A stretch of DNA of 64,000 nucleotides from an uncultured Candidatus Micrarchaeota archaeon (GTDB lineage: Archaea; Micrarchaeota; Micrarchaeia; Anstonellales; Bilamarchaeaceae), in NCBI GenBank assembly GCA_963800555.1, contig CAWDBH010000008.1:48258-112257 (forward strand), in the 5' to 3' direction. Under the pieces are notes generated by a model. The model did not search any database. It had not been told where the DNA came from and saw only the letters and a list, made by a program, of their open reading frames with translations. The first letter of the stretch is position 1. Every line of letters starts with the position of its first letter. This document shows, in pieces, positions 8,720 to 17,920 of the stretch. A program made the position numbers and the translations under genes.

Positions 8720-9247
8720 TCAGGCAATCGTTCCGAGCGTGTAAGCTCCGAGCATGGCCAGCAGTATGTATCTCAGCACCCGCCCAGCGGCGCAGGCAAT
8801 CAAGAACTGCCACCAGGGGATATGCAACGCACCTGACGCGATGCCTGCCACATCGAAAAGCGGATTCGGGATGAAAGCGAGGACGAATATAGCGAGCAGC
8901 CCGTATTCTTTGACGAGCGCTTGGATGTCCTTGGTCTCCTTTATCTTGCTGTTGAGGAGGTCCCTGGCTCCTTCCCCCGCCATATACCCAGTCAGCTCTC
9001 CCAAGGCAGAACCGATCCCGGCCATGAGGCCGAGCAAATATGGGTTCAGGTACCTGCCCATCATCACTATGATCGCCCAGCCTGGGGCCGGAAGCAATAT
9101 AGTCGCCGAACTCAGGGCGCTTATCACGAAAGCCCCGATATATCCGTATCTCCTAAACTCAGCGATATGGTTTGAGAAATAAAGGGCAAGTGCTACGATG
9201 GCTATAGTCAGAATTATGAAAAATGCGCCCTCTACCCTCTTATCCAT
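8720..9247 (-). CDS. DedA/VTT-domain (SNARE-associated) membrane protein
   Basis: ...YGLLAIFVLAFIPNPLFDVAGIASGAL... characteristic of the DedA family. Confidence 0.8.
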   Translation of the reverse strand: MDKRVEGAFFIILTIAIVALALYFSNHIAEFRRYGYIGAFVISALSSATILLPAPGWAIIVMMGRYLNPYLLGLMAGIGSALGELTGYMAGEGARDLLNSKIKETKDIQALVKEYGLLAIFVLAFIPNPLFDVAGIASGALHIPWWQFLIACAAGRVLRYILLAMLGAYTLGTIA

Positions 9248-9504
9248 ATAATCTCCTTATGCGGTTCAGAGAATGACTTTCATCATTTTTCAGAAATACC
9301 TTTTTTCTTCATAACCGCATAAGAGAATCGCAGAGAAAGGATTTAATTGCATGGACCTCGCTTGAAACCGGGTTGATAGTCCATCTAGAGCCATAAGGCT
9401 AGTGCAGGTGAACATAATGGACTTCTACTTGACCTGCTGGCCCAGTCAGTCCACTTTTTCAAGATAAAATCGAAGGTCTTCTCTGTGGAGTTAGAAAGAA
9501 AAAG

Positions 9505-9576
9505 TGGACTTGGGGGGACTCGCACCCCCGGCATCTCGCATGCAAAGCGAGCGCTCTGCTGCTGAGCTACAAGCCC
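9505..9576 (-). tRNA. tRNA-Ala (UGC) with atypical D and T loops
   Basis: GGGCTTG acceptor with the G3:U70 Ala identity pair; anticodon arm CTCGC-TTTGCAT-GCGAG; but T loop TGCGAGT (G at position 55) and D loop AGCAGCA lacking GG18-19; followed by CTTTTTC. Confidence 0.55.
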
Positions 9577-9617
9577 GTTGATTAGGAAAAGATGGATGTA
9601 CTGATTTAAAAAAAGAG

Positions 9618-9815
9618 TTATTCGCAGCCGCCCCAACCGCACGCATAGCAGACCTTGCATCCTTCCTGGAATGTCAGGTCGCCGTCGCACGAGGGGCAGA
9701 TGCCCTTCTTTATCTTCTCTGCTTCCGACAGATTGGAAGGGTTAGGAGCCGCAGGAGCAGTGAATTCCGTTCTTATTTCTTGCATGGTTTCAATCCCTTC
9801 ACTTTCTCGCATCAT
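9618..9815 (-). CDS. small zinc-ribbon (4-Cys) protein
   Basis: ...CPSCDGDL...CKVCYACGWGGCE. Confidence 0.4.
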   Translation of the reverse strand: MMRESEGIETMQEIRTEFTAPAAPNPSNLSEAEKIKKGICPSCDGDLTFQEGCKVCYACGWGGCE

Positions 9816-9880
9816 CTTATTTTAAATGATTCTTTTATCGCCGAAAAAATAAATACGCAAAATCTATTTTCCGCGACATG

Positions 9881-10120
9881 TCATTGCCATGCCGGCATGC
9901 CTGCCATGTATTGGTCGACGTATTTCTCTGCATCCGTCCGCTCCATCCTCTTCATCTTCATGTAATACTTCACCATATTTTCGCGTATCAGGTAACGGGC
10001 CATGAGCTCTCCGCTCGGGTAGGAGCAGTGGACGCAGTATCTGTTGCCTTCCTTCTTGCCGCCGAAATCTGATATCTTCATCATCGGCATACCGCAGCTT
10101 TCGCATTTCTTCATTTCCAT
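9881..10120 (-). CDS. small zinc-ribbon protein
   Basis: CESCGMPM...YCVHC in 79 aa. Confidence 0.45.
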   Translation of the reverse strand: MEMKKCESCGMPMMKISDFGGKKEGNRYCVHCSYPSGELMARYLIRENMVKYYMKMKRMERTDAEKYVDQYMAGMPAWQ

Positions 10121-10181
10121 AGTATCACATCTGACGCTTCGAACGCATGGCTATCGCTAATAAGGCGTAAATATCTTTGCT

Positions 10182-11438
10182 TCATCTGAGCGTCGGATTG
10201 CAGACGGATGCATTCAGCAGCGGAAGATGCGCGTTCCCTATATATTCAGAGCCGCGCAGTGCGCGGATCGGCCCCACATCGATGACTTCCTCGAGCGGTT
10301 TCCTGGCTAGCCTTATGAAGCATGAATCCAGGCACCTATCAGCCCAGTTTTGGAGGTACTCTTCCTCATGCAGGAATGCAAGACCATTGTGCCTCTTCAG
10401 ATCCCCCGCCAGATTCGGGAGCTCTTCATTGATGTTTATCGCTTTCTTGTGCACATCCGCATCAGCTTCGCTGACCAGTCCGCTGAACGCTATGTCCGGA
10501 CGGGAATGAACCGCTTCGATAAGGTATGCCAGCAGCTCCATATGATTCCTTCTGACGTGCAGTTCGCCATTGGCTCTCCTCTCGGTTATATACGCCGCTT
10601 CATGGACGAGCGTCGCAGCTACGTAGGAATTGATGGCATTGAGCAGGAATGTCGCTGGTTCATCGCATTCGGTCATCATCCTCTCGAGGCGGGCGATGCC
10701 AGCACGGGTCGTAATCACATTAAGCGCGAAGAGCGTGGGATTTGCAAAAGCGGAACCAATCTCCGCGAAGCACTTGGTTACTTCCTCGTAGCTCATGCGC
10801 ATCACATTCCTCGTCATGAGCATCCGATCGAGCATTTCGCGTGCGTCTGTGAGGCTGATACTGTACTTGTCCATCCTATACTTGACCAATCTATATTCAT
10901 GGTTTTTGATAAGTGGGTCGGATATCTCGAGCATGATATCGAGCATCTCGACCAGTCGCCCCACCGCATTCGTGACATTTATCGCCAGATATGCGCCCTT
11001 CCCGTCCGAGTCAGGGCGTCCGGAGTGCAAATGCCCTCCATCATATTTGCCGAGCACGAGATAGGTATCCAACCCCAGAATCTCCGTCTTTTCGAGGATT
11101 AGGCCGAAGCTAGCGGATCTTCCGAAATCCGCGAATATCCCATGCTCAGCGAATATATCGCGCGCTTTCCTGGATATCCTATCCTTCTCTTTAGGAGTAT
11201 TCTTCTGGGCCAGCGTTGCGAGCGCCTTGGTAATCGGGGCTTTAAGGCAAGGATTCGCGTCCTGCTCTTCGAGCTGAAGGCGTTGGGAAACGGCTTTCTG
11301 GCTGGAGAAAGCCTCTCCGAACCTGAGATCGCGCATCCGGTCCTCTCCGATGGCATCCCTCAGATTGCCGAAGCTGAAGTTCTGCCGTCTGAGGAAGGGC
11401 GCGCAGTACGTTTTCAGTTGTTCTTTTGTGATAGGCAC
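10182..11438 (-). CDS. conserved hypothetical protein (about 419 aa); no family assignable by eye
   Basis: Long ORF of protein-like composition. A TTTTTAAA TATA box lies about 25 nt upstream of an in-frame GTG at 11438 (leaderless candidate); the track start at 11513 is probably too early. Confidence 0.5.
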   Translation of the reverse strand: MPITKEQLKTYCAPFLRRQNFSFGNLRDAIGEDRMRDLRFGEAFSSQKAVSQRLQLEEQDANPCLKAPITKALATLAQKNTPKEKDRISRKARDIFAEHGIFADFGRSASFGLILEKTEILGLDTYLVLGKYDGGHLHSGRPDSDGKGAYLAINVTNAVGRLVEMLDIMLEISDPLIKNHEYRLVKYRMDKYSISLTDAREMLDRMLMTRNVMRMSYEEVTKCFAEIGSAFANPTLFALNVITTRAGIARLERMMTECDEPATFLLNAINSYVAATLVHEAAYITERRANGELHVRRNHMELLAYLIEAVHSRPDIAFSGLVSEADADVHKKAININEELPNLAGDLKRHNGLAFLHEEEYLQNWADRCLDSCFIRLARKPLEEVIDVGPIRALRGSEYIGNAHLPLLNASVCNPTLR

Positions 11439-11680
11439 GCATATTCTATGGTTAGTAAAATTTAAAAATTGTGATATTAAACATTTGTGATATCTGCATC
11501 CAGCTTCTTTCAAGCCATTTCTATCCCGTTACCTTGCAAAAATTCGCGGTCGATTCGGAATCGCTATCCCGAAACCGTCAAATCCTCCATCCTGCAAAAC
11601 TGAGGATGCGCCTGCAAAACAAATGAAAATTTGCCGTCGATCTGGAGCTGCTGCTCCACATCCGGCAAATTTGAAGAATT

Positions 11681-11811
11681 TGCCGAGGGGGGAATTTGAA
11701 TCCCCGACCTCTCGATTTCTCGAGTGCATAATATCATCGGCATGATGCCTCATCACTCATCGGGTTTGCACCTATGAGTCGAGCACTCTCAACCAGCTGA
11801 GCTACCTCGGC
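11681..11811 (-). tRNA. elongator tRNA-Met (CAU) with a 56-nt intron at the canonical 37/38 position (intron about 11717..11772)
   Basis: Exon 1: GCCGAGG-TA-GCTC..GAGT-G-CTCGA-CTCATA. Exon 2: A-TCGAG-AGGTC-GGGGA-TTCAAAT-TCCCC-CCTCGGC-A, with a perfect acceptor stem. The intron carries GUGAUGA and GAUGA motifs. The track ORF 11529..11756 overlaps this tRNA and is spurious. Confidence 0.75.
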
Positions 11812-11836
11812 GATTAGTACAGTGCTTGTTGTCTGA

Positions 11837-11848
11837 TTAATTTTTAAT
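11837..11848 (-). promoter_or_regulatory. TATA-like box (ttaaaaattaat on the minus strand) about 28 nt upstream of the tRNA-Met 5' end
   Basis: AT-rich element at the archaeal promoter distance. Confidence 0.4.
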
Positions 11849-11899
11849 TCCCGCCGCCCTGCGCATTCTTTTCTCATTTTTCCGAGCCGGGAGCGCATC

Positions 11900-12565
11900 T
11901 CAGTCTATCGAGTCCGCCAGCGATCCCGCCAGATCCGGTCCGAGGATGTCGTAAGAGAGGATCTTGCGGATCTTTCTGCTCGTGCTGGGATGGAAATAGC
12001 GGCTTTCGCTTCCGATATTTTCCCGCTTGGCGTATAAAACCGATACGGTCTCTTTCTGCGCTACTGGGTCGGTGACATAGCCGCTCAGAAGGGCATCGCA
12101 GGCCAGGGAAGACACCATCCGGTTCCTTATGTTCCGGGCCTCCTCCCTCAGGATTTTATAGGCGCATTCGAATAACCGTACGCTGAGCTTTAATCCGATG
12201 ATGCCGCTGATTATGAATGGCAGGGGATTGGGGGCATGCCCGGGAGGGAACGAACTCTGATATGTACCGCATAACCATCCGGTGACAGCGGTAGGGGCTA
12301 GGAACACCAGGGCTGAAAAAACGATCGTATCCATGGCATCGGCGCATCGCGTTCTGAATCTGGCTCCCGGCGGATTGAGCCTGATGCGCTTCAAGGACCT
12401 TGCGATCTCCATCTGATCTGAAGAAGGCAGCACAGTGGCAGCTTTCGGGCCGTTTCCAGGCTTGACATCGAAATACCTGCTGAAAACCTCCCTCGCACGG
12501 ACTAGCTCCCTGGGGGTTGGCTGTTCTCTGATACGGAGCGCGTTGCCAGGCACCATCAATTCCAC
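11900..12565 (-). CDS. hypothetical protein, possibly membrane-associated
   Basis: 221-aa ORF with two hydrophobic segments. The overlapping ORF 12156..12638 in another frame has junk-like composition. Confidence 0.4.
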   Translation of the reverse strand: MELMVPGNALRIREQPTPRELVRAREVFSRYFDVKPGNGPKAATVLPSSDQMEIARSLKRIRLNPPGARFRTRCADAMDTIVFSALVFLAPTAVTGWLCGTYQSSFPPGHAPNPLPFIISGIIGLKLSVRLFECAYKILREEARNIRNRMVSSLACDALLSGYVTDPVAQKETVSVLYAKRENIGSESRYFHPSTSRKIRKILSYDILGPDLAGSLADSID

Positions 12566-12676
12566 TCATCTCGTTATATGAAGGAACACCATATATTCTT
12601 TGCGCCTCTTGAAGGGCATGCGTGCTCCGGAACGGCACCCGCCCTTTTTATTCTCTTCATCGGATATCTGGACTGG

Positions 12677-15600
12677 ATGGCGGTTCCGTATTCTGATATG
12701 CTGCGTGATGGGCTGCAGAAAGCCTATGCTGTCGCGAGCGAAGCCAGGGCGAAAGGGCTGGACCCGAGCGACGAGATAGAAGTGAAGCTCGCAAAAGACG
12801 TCGCGGCCCGCGTGGAAGGTATCGTCGGACCCCCGGGAGTCGCGGACCTGATCCGCTCCCTCGAAGCGGGTGGCATGTCCCGCGAGGACCTGTCATTCGA
12901 GGTCGCGAGGAAGATAGCCTCCGGCGAGGTCATGGAGGGGGACAAAACCGCTCTCATGGAGCAGGCAGTCCGCACGGGCTTGGGCATAATCACCGAAGGA
13001 GTCCTGGTCGCGCCCACCGAAGGCATAACGCACGTCAAGATAAAGCAGAATCCGGACGGCAGCGATTATCTGGCCATCTATTTCGCAGGCCCTATCCGGA
13101 GCGCGGGCGGCACGGCTGCTGCGCTCAGCCTCGTCCTCGCGGATATAGTCCGCAGGATATGCGGTGTCGGGGATTACAGGGCGACGGATTCCCAGATCAT
13201 GCGCTATATCGAGGAGGTCATGGTCTACGAGAACCGCGTCTCCCACCTCCAGTATATGCCGCACGAGGAGGACATGAAGATCATACTCGCCAACTGCCCG
13301 GTCTGCATCGATGGCGATCCCACGGAGGATGTCGAGGTGTCCGCCTATCGCGGGGTGCCAGGCGTCGAGACCGACCGCGTCCGTGGCGGCGTGCCCCTCG
13401 TGCTGTGCGAAGGCGTCGCGGCGAAGGCGTCCAAGCTCCTCAAATACACCAAGAAGCTCAAGCTCGGCTGGGACTGGCTCGAGAAAGTGATCAAGATAAA
13501 GAAAAAGGCCGACACGGTTGAGATCAAGCCGGATCCGACATATCTGGAAGGATTGGTCGCGGGACGCCCGGTGTTCGCGCACGCCAGCGCCAAAGGCGGA
13601 TTCCGCCTGCGCTATGGCAGGAGCAAGACGAACGGCCTGATGGGCCGCAACGTCCATCCAGCTACGATGCTGCTTCTGGATAATTTCCTGGCCTACGGCA
13701 CGCACATGAAAGTGGAGCGGCCTGGCAAGGGCTGCGTGGTCGCCGCGCATGACGGCCTCGAGCCTCCTGCGGTCCGCTTGAAATGCGGCCGGGTGATGAA
13801 GGTCCGCACGCTGGATGAAGCGGAGAAGATAAAGAGCGATGTCGAGGAGATCCTTTTCCTGGGGGACATACTGGTCACCTACGGAGATTTCCTGAAATCG
13901 AACCATCCCCTCATGCCTTCAGGGTATTGCGAGGAATGGTGGCAGAGGGAACTGGAGGCCAAGGGAGTGCAGGCGCCGCAGAACCGCGACGCGAAATCCA
14001 TGTTCGAGCTCTCCCGTCTCCACGGAGTGCCTCTGCATCCGGACCACACGTTCCACTGGCATGATATCACCCCAGACCAGATCCGCTCCCTGGCGCAATG
14101 GCTCAGGGCAGGCCAGTTGGATATGGAAGGCGGAGCCATCAGCTCCCTCAAGCTCCCCAAATCCGACGCGAAACGGGTCCTCGAAGAATTGATATGCGAG
14201 CACCGCGTCAATGAAGGCACGATCGTCCTGGAGAGCGACATCGCGTTCGCATTGCTATCCTCCTTGGGATGCCTCGTTGACGGGAAGATCGAGACGTTCG
14301 CGTTCGACCAGGCATGGGATGCGTCTAAAGCGCCTCTCGCGTTGGTGAACGAGCTCTCAGGGATCTCCATCAAGGCAAAAGCGCCGACTTACATAGGCGG
14401 CAGGATGGGCAGGCCGGAGAAGGCGAAGGAGCGCGCCATGGAAGGCTCGCCGCACGTGCTTTTCCCGACCGGCTCCTTCAAGAACCGTAGCATCTCAAAG
14501 CAATACCGCACGCTGAAGAGCCGGGAAGGCGAGAAGACGCTCAATCTGGAGCTCGTGCGAATGCGCTGCACCAAATGCAAGCGGCTCGGATACACCCGCA
14601 GGTGCGAGGTATGCGGAGAGCGCGCCCTGGAGGAGCGGGTTTGCCACAAATGCGGCAGGATCGTGGAAACCGAGATCCACTGCGACATGAAGACCCTGCC
14701 CTATGATGTGCGTCCCGTGGACGTGGTGACGCTTTTCGAAGGGATAAAGGACCGGCTCGGCATCCTTCCGGATGACGTGAAAGGCGTGAAAGGACTCTCG
14801 AACATGTCCAAGATACCCGAGAGGCTGGAGAAGGGGTTCCTGCGGTCCAAGCACGGGGTTTTCGTGTTCAGGGACGGGACCTCCAGATTCGATGCGACAG
14901 ATGTCCCGCTAACGCATTTCACTCCTCACGAGGTCGGCTTGAGCCTGGAGAGGGCCCGGGAGCTAGGCTATGAGAACGATTATCTGGGCAACCCTCTCGA
15001 GAACGGGGAGCAGCTACTCTCCTTGCGTCATCAGGACATAATCCTGGCTGAAGCCGGATATCAGTACTTCACCAAGGTCTGCAATTTCATAGACGAGATG
15101 CTGGTCAATTTCTATGGCCAGAAATCGTTCTACAACATCAAGAGGAGGGAGGATTTGATCGGGCACCTTGCTGTCGGATTATCACCTCACACCAGCGCCG
15201 GCGCCCTCTGCCGCATAATCGGATTCACCAAGGCCACGGTCGGATATGGGCACCCATATTTCCATACCGCCAAAAGAAGGAACTGCTTCCATGGTGATGA
15301 GACCATCATGGTCCACGACGGCAAATGTTTCAGTCATATGCGCATGCGAGACCTCGTCCAGTCCAATCTGAATGGGAGGATAGAGAAAGACGATTTCGGT
15401 ACAGAATACAAGATGGTTAGCGGGCTCAAGACATTCGCATTCAACAAGGACACAAAAAGGTTCGAGCTCGCGGAGATAACACATGTCTCCAAGCATATCG
15501 CACCATCCAAGCTCATGGAGATAAAAACGAAAAGCGGGAGGCGGATCCGCGTCACATCCGATCACCCGTTCCCGAATTCCTCAGGCCATAAAATCCCGGC

Positions 15601-17422
15601 TTCGGATGCCTCCGAACTCCTCTCTCCGTGGAATATAGAGAACTGCGCTGAGAACGATACGCGCTCTATACCCCTCCTTCCAATCGCAGGGGAGGGCGCT
15701 ATGATACGGACCGATGAAGAAATCTTCCCAGACGCGCAGCTATCAGATATAAGCCGCTCTCTCGGCATGAGCTACAAGACGTTCACCAATTACTCCTATC
15801 GCGGTTCCTATCCAATAGGGCTCATACGCAGATTCAGGCCATCCATTCTAGATGGAAAATACAAGCTCGGCAGCAAACGGGACAGGGTATCGCTGAACCC
15901 AGACGTGCAGGTCGATGATCCCCTACTCTCCATCTTAGGTTTTTATATCGCGGAAGGGTATATGAGGAAAACCCAGGTGAGGACGAATCAGGTTGCCATC
16001 ACCGCCACCAAGAGATGGGCCAAGAGATATCTTGCCAGCACGATAGAAGAGGTATTCGGCATTAAGCCTGCCATATGCGAGAACCAAGTGGTCATCTGCT
16101 CGAGGATAGTCCGCGAGCTATTCTCACGCTTGGAGATAGGTTCGGATGCCTATTCGAAACGGGTGCCTGGATTCATCTATTCATTGCCGAAAGGGAAACG
16201 GCACGCATTCCTCAGGGGATACTTCTCAGGAGATGGTTCATGTTCCCTCCAGAGTACCTTGGAAGTGAATGTGACGTCAGTCAACAAACCGCTCATAGAT
16301 GCTGTCTCGTATCTCCTTCTCTTCTCCGGGATAAAGCATTCCATACAAGAGGAAAAACGTTTCATCACCAGCGGTCAGGTATATGAATTCTATGGCAAGC
16401 CCAAAGAGTGCCACTCCTACAAGATACGCATCTTCGGAGAGCAAGCCCGGAGGTTCATCCAGGATATCGGTTTCCTTGATGAGAAGCACGCTCATGCCGT
16501 GAAATTGCTTGACAAATGGCTCAAGAAAAGGGGTACCGGGCGCACGAGATTCGATGGCGACGCATTCTCAGACAAAATCGTCTCTAAAAAAGAGATAGAC
16601 TCTGACGAACGCCATGTATACAGCCTCACGGTTTCTCCTCATCATACACTCATATGTTCAGGAGTTATAACAAATCAGTGCGATGGGGATGAAGATTGCG
16701 TGATGCTGCTCATGGACGCGTTCCTGAATTTCTCCCGCAAGTACCTGAACGAGAAGCGCGGGGGCACGATGGATGCGCCATTGGTGCTCTCAATGGAGAT
16801 AAACCCCAAGGAGGTGGATGACGAGGCGCATTGCATAGAGTTCGTCTGGAAATATCCTCTGGAGTTCTACCAGGCGGCGGAGCGGTTCGCATCGCCCGGA
16901 GAAGTCAGGCTCAAGACCGTGAAGGACGTGCTCGGCACTCCGGAGCAGTTCGAGCTCCCGATAACGCATATCGGCGGAAGCATTGATGTGGGGAACTGCC
17001 GCACGGCCTATGTGCTCCTGAACTCCATCCCGGAGAAGATCGATATCCAGTTCAGGCTCCAGGAACGACTCCGCCCGGTGGACCAGCGCGATGCGGCCGA
17101 GCGGTTGATACTCAGCCATTTCATCCCAGACCTCTACGGCAACCTACGTTCGTTCTCGAGGCAGACCTTCCGGTGCGTGTCATGCAACAACATCGCTCGG
17201 AGGGTCCCGCTCTCAGGCCGGTGCGCCAAATGCGGCGGAAACCTCCTGCTCACTATAAACAAGGGCGGGATAGTGAAGTACCTGGAGATATCCAAGGAGA
17301 TCGTGCGCCGCTACGACCTGCCGGATTACCTGAAGCAGAGGTTAGAACTCGTCGGCAAGGAGATAAAGAGCATATTCGAGGATGACAAGATAAAGCAGAC
17401 CGGTCTCAGTGAATTCCTATAA
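12677..17422 (+). CDS. polC: DNA polymerase II (PolD) large subunit DP2, containing a 465-aa intein
   Basis: The N-terminus MAVPYSDML..GLQKAY..ARAKGLDPSDEIEV..A.DVAARVEGIVGPPGVA matches DP2 N-termini. The intein sits at the conserved AKRRN|C...Q|CDGDED site. C-terminal Zn-finger cysteines are present. The extein is about 1116 aa. Confidence 0.9.
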   Translation: MAVPYSDMLRDGLQKAYAVASEARAKGLDPSDEIEVKLAKDVAARVEGIVGPPGVADLIRSLEAGGMSREDLSFEVARKIASGEVMEGDKTALMEQAVRTGLGIITEGVLVAPTEGITHVKIKQNPDGSDYLAIYFAGPIRSAGGTAAALSLVLADIVRRICGVGDYRATDSQIMRYIEEVMVYENRVSHLQYMPHEEDMKIILANCPVCIDGDPTEDVEVSAYRGVPGVETDRVRGGVPLVLCEGVAAKASKLLKYTKKLKLGWDWLEKVIKIKKKADTVEIKPDPTYLEGLVAGRPVFAHASAKGGFRLRYGRSKTNGLMGRNVHPATMLLLDNFLAYGTHMKVERPGKGCVVAAHDGLEPPAVRLKCGRVMKVRTLDEAEKIKSDVEEILFLGDILVTYGDFLKSNHPLMPSGYCEEWWQRELEAKGVQAPQNRDAKSMFELSRLHGVPLHPDHTFHWHDITPDQIRSLAQWLRAGQLDMEGGAISSLKLPKSDAKRVLEELICEHRVNEGTIVLESDIAFALLSSLGCLVDGKIETFAFDQAWDASKAPLALVNELSGISIKAKAPTYIGGRMGRPEKAKERAMEGSPHVLFPTGSFKNRSISKQYRTLKSREGEKTLNLELVRMRCTKCKRLGYTRRCEVCGERALEERVCHKCGRIVETEIHCDMKTLPYDVRPVDVVTLFEGIKDRLGILPDDVKGVKGLSNMSKIPERLEKGFLRSKHGVFVFRDGTSRFDATDVPLTHFTPHEVGLSLERARELGYENDYLGNPLENGEQLLSLRHQDIILAEAGYQYFTKVCNFIDEMLVNFYGQKSFYNIKRREDLIGHLAVGLSPHTSAGALCRIIGFTKATVGYGHPYFHTAKRRNCFHGDETIMVHDGKCFSHMRMRDLVQSNLNGRIEKDDFGTEYKMVSGLKTFAFNKDTKRFELAEITHVSKHIAPSKLMEIKTKSGRRIRVTSDHPFPNSSGHKIPASDASELLSPWNIENCAENDTRSIPLLPIAGEGAMIRTDEEIFPDAQLSDISRSLGMSYKTFTNYSYRGSYPIGLIRRFRPSILDGKYKLGSKRDRVSLNPDVQVDDPLLSILGFYIAEGYMRKTQVRTNQVAITATKRWAKRYLASTIEEVFGIKPAICENQVVICSRIVRELFSRLEIGSDAYSKRVPGFIYSLPKGKRHAFLRGYFSGDGSCSLQSTLEVNVTSVNKPLIDAVSYLLLFSGIKHSIQEEKRFITSGQVYEFYGKPKECHSYKIRIFGEQARRFIQDIGFLDEKHAHAVKLLDKWLKKRGTGRTRFDGDAFSDKIVSKKEIDSDERHVYSLTVSPHHTLICSGVITNQCDGDEDCVMLLMDAFLNFSRKYLNEKRGGTMDAPLVLSMEINPKEVDDEAHCIEFVWKYPLEFYQAAERFASPGEVRLKTVKDVLGTPEQFELPITHIGGSIDVGNCRTAYVLLNSIPEKIDIQFRLQERLRPVDQRDAAERLILSHFIPDLYGNLRSFSRQTFRCVSCNNIARRVPLSGRCAKCGGNLLLTINKGGIVKYLEISKEIVRRYDLPDYLKQRLELVGKEIKSIFEDDKIKQTGLSEFL
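15284..16678 (+). other. intein within polD DP2 (Hint domain plus LAGLIDADG homing-endonuclease motifs; C-terminal Gln)
   Basis: Begins CFHGDETIMV and ends SGVITNQ followed by the extein Cys. It carries the LAGLIDADG-like blocks LLSILGFYIAEGY and HAFLRGYFSGDGS. A C-terminal Gln is known for the Pyrococcus abyssi PolII intein. Confidence 0.8.
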
Positions 17423-17446
17423 AAGGAAATAAAAAAATTAAAAAAT

Positions 17447-17824
17447 TCAGGTAGACATCTTGTCCGCCTGGTTCCCGATTATCGGCAGCCTGTATTTCTC
17501 GCCGCTGTAAGCTTTCCACATGAGGAAGAGCCACAGCACGAACACGCCCACATAGAACACGAACCCGAGCAGTAAGCTGAGGATCCATCCCAAGACTGGG
17601 ATTATCGCGAGTATGATTTGCACGATGAAGAGGACGATTGCCAAGATTATGATCGCGATTCCGGTCAGGATGCTCTGCATCGCGTGGAATCTCGCGTAGC
17701 TGTCATCCTTCTTCATCAAGTAGACCAATATCCCGGTCAGGATGCTAAAGAAGTACGCCAATGCGCCAAATAGTTTGCTGTCGTTGCTCACTCCATTCGG
17801 AACTGTAGCCTTTTCGCCCGCCAT
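17447..17824 (-). CDS. DUF4870-family membrane protein
   Basis: ...YLMKKDDSYARFHAMQS... motif plus TM helices. Confidence 0.55.
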   Translation of the reverse strand: MAGEKATVPNGVSNDSKLFGALAYFFSILTGILVYLMKKDDSYARFHAMQSILTGIAIIILAIVLFIVQIILAIIPVLGWILSLLLGFVFYVGVFVLWLFLMWKAYSGEKYRLPIIGNQADKMST

Positions 17825-17888
17825 ACTTTTCTTACCTCCCTAATTAGTATTTACGGCTTCTGCCGTCCAAGGCTACTCACGCACTATC

Positions 17889-17896
17889 TTTATAAA
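17889..17896 (+). promoter_or_regulatory. TATA box (tttataaa) about 25 nt upstream of the cysS ATG; leaderless transcript likely
   Basis: Spacing to the ATG at 17921. Confidence 0.45.
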
Positions 17897-17920
17897 TATT
17901 TTTAGGCGCACAGATTGGCC

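Noticed and set aside
9385-9690. 101-aa minus-strand ORF
   Set aside because: It overlaps tRNA-Ala and intergenic hairpins, and its composition is Arg/Leu-rich junk.
11529-11756. 75-aa ORF on the minus strand
   Set aside because: It overlaps the intron-containing tRNA-Met gene and its downstream hairpins.
12156-12638. 160-aa ORF overlapping 11900..12565 in another frame
   Set aside because: R/C/H/Q-rich improbable composition; the alternative frame looks protein-like.
12657-17119. Many ORFs antisense to or out of frame within polD (for example 12893..13906 at 337 aa, and 13879..14373)
   Set aside because: They lie inside a continuous, well-conserved DP2 plus intein reading frame. GC-rich DNA gives long spurious antisense ORFs.
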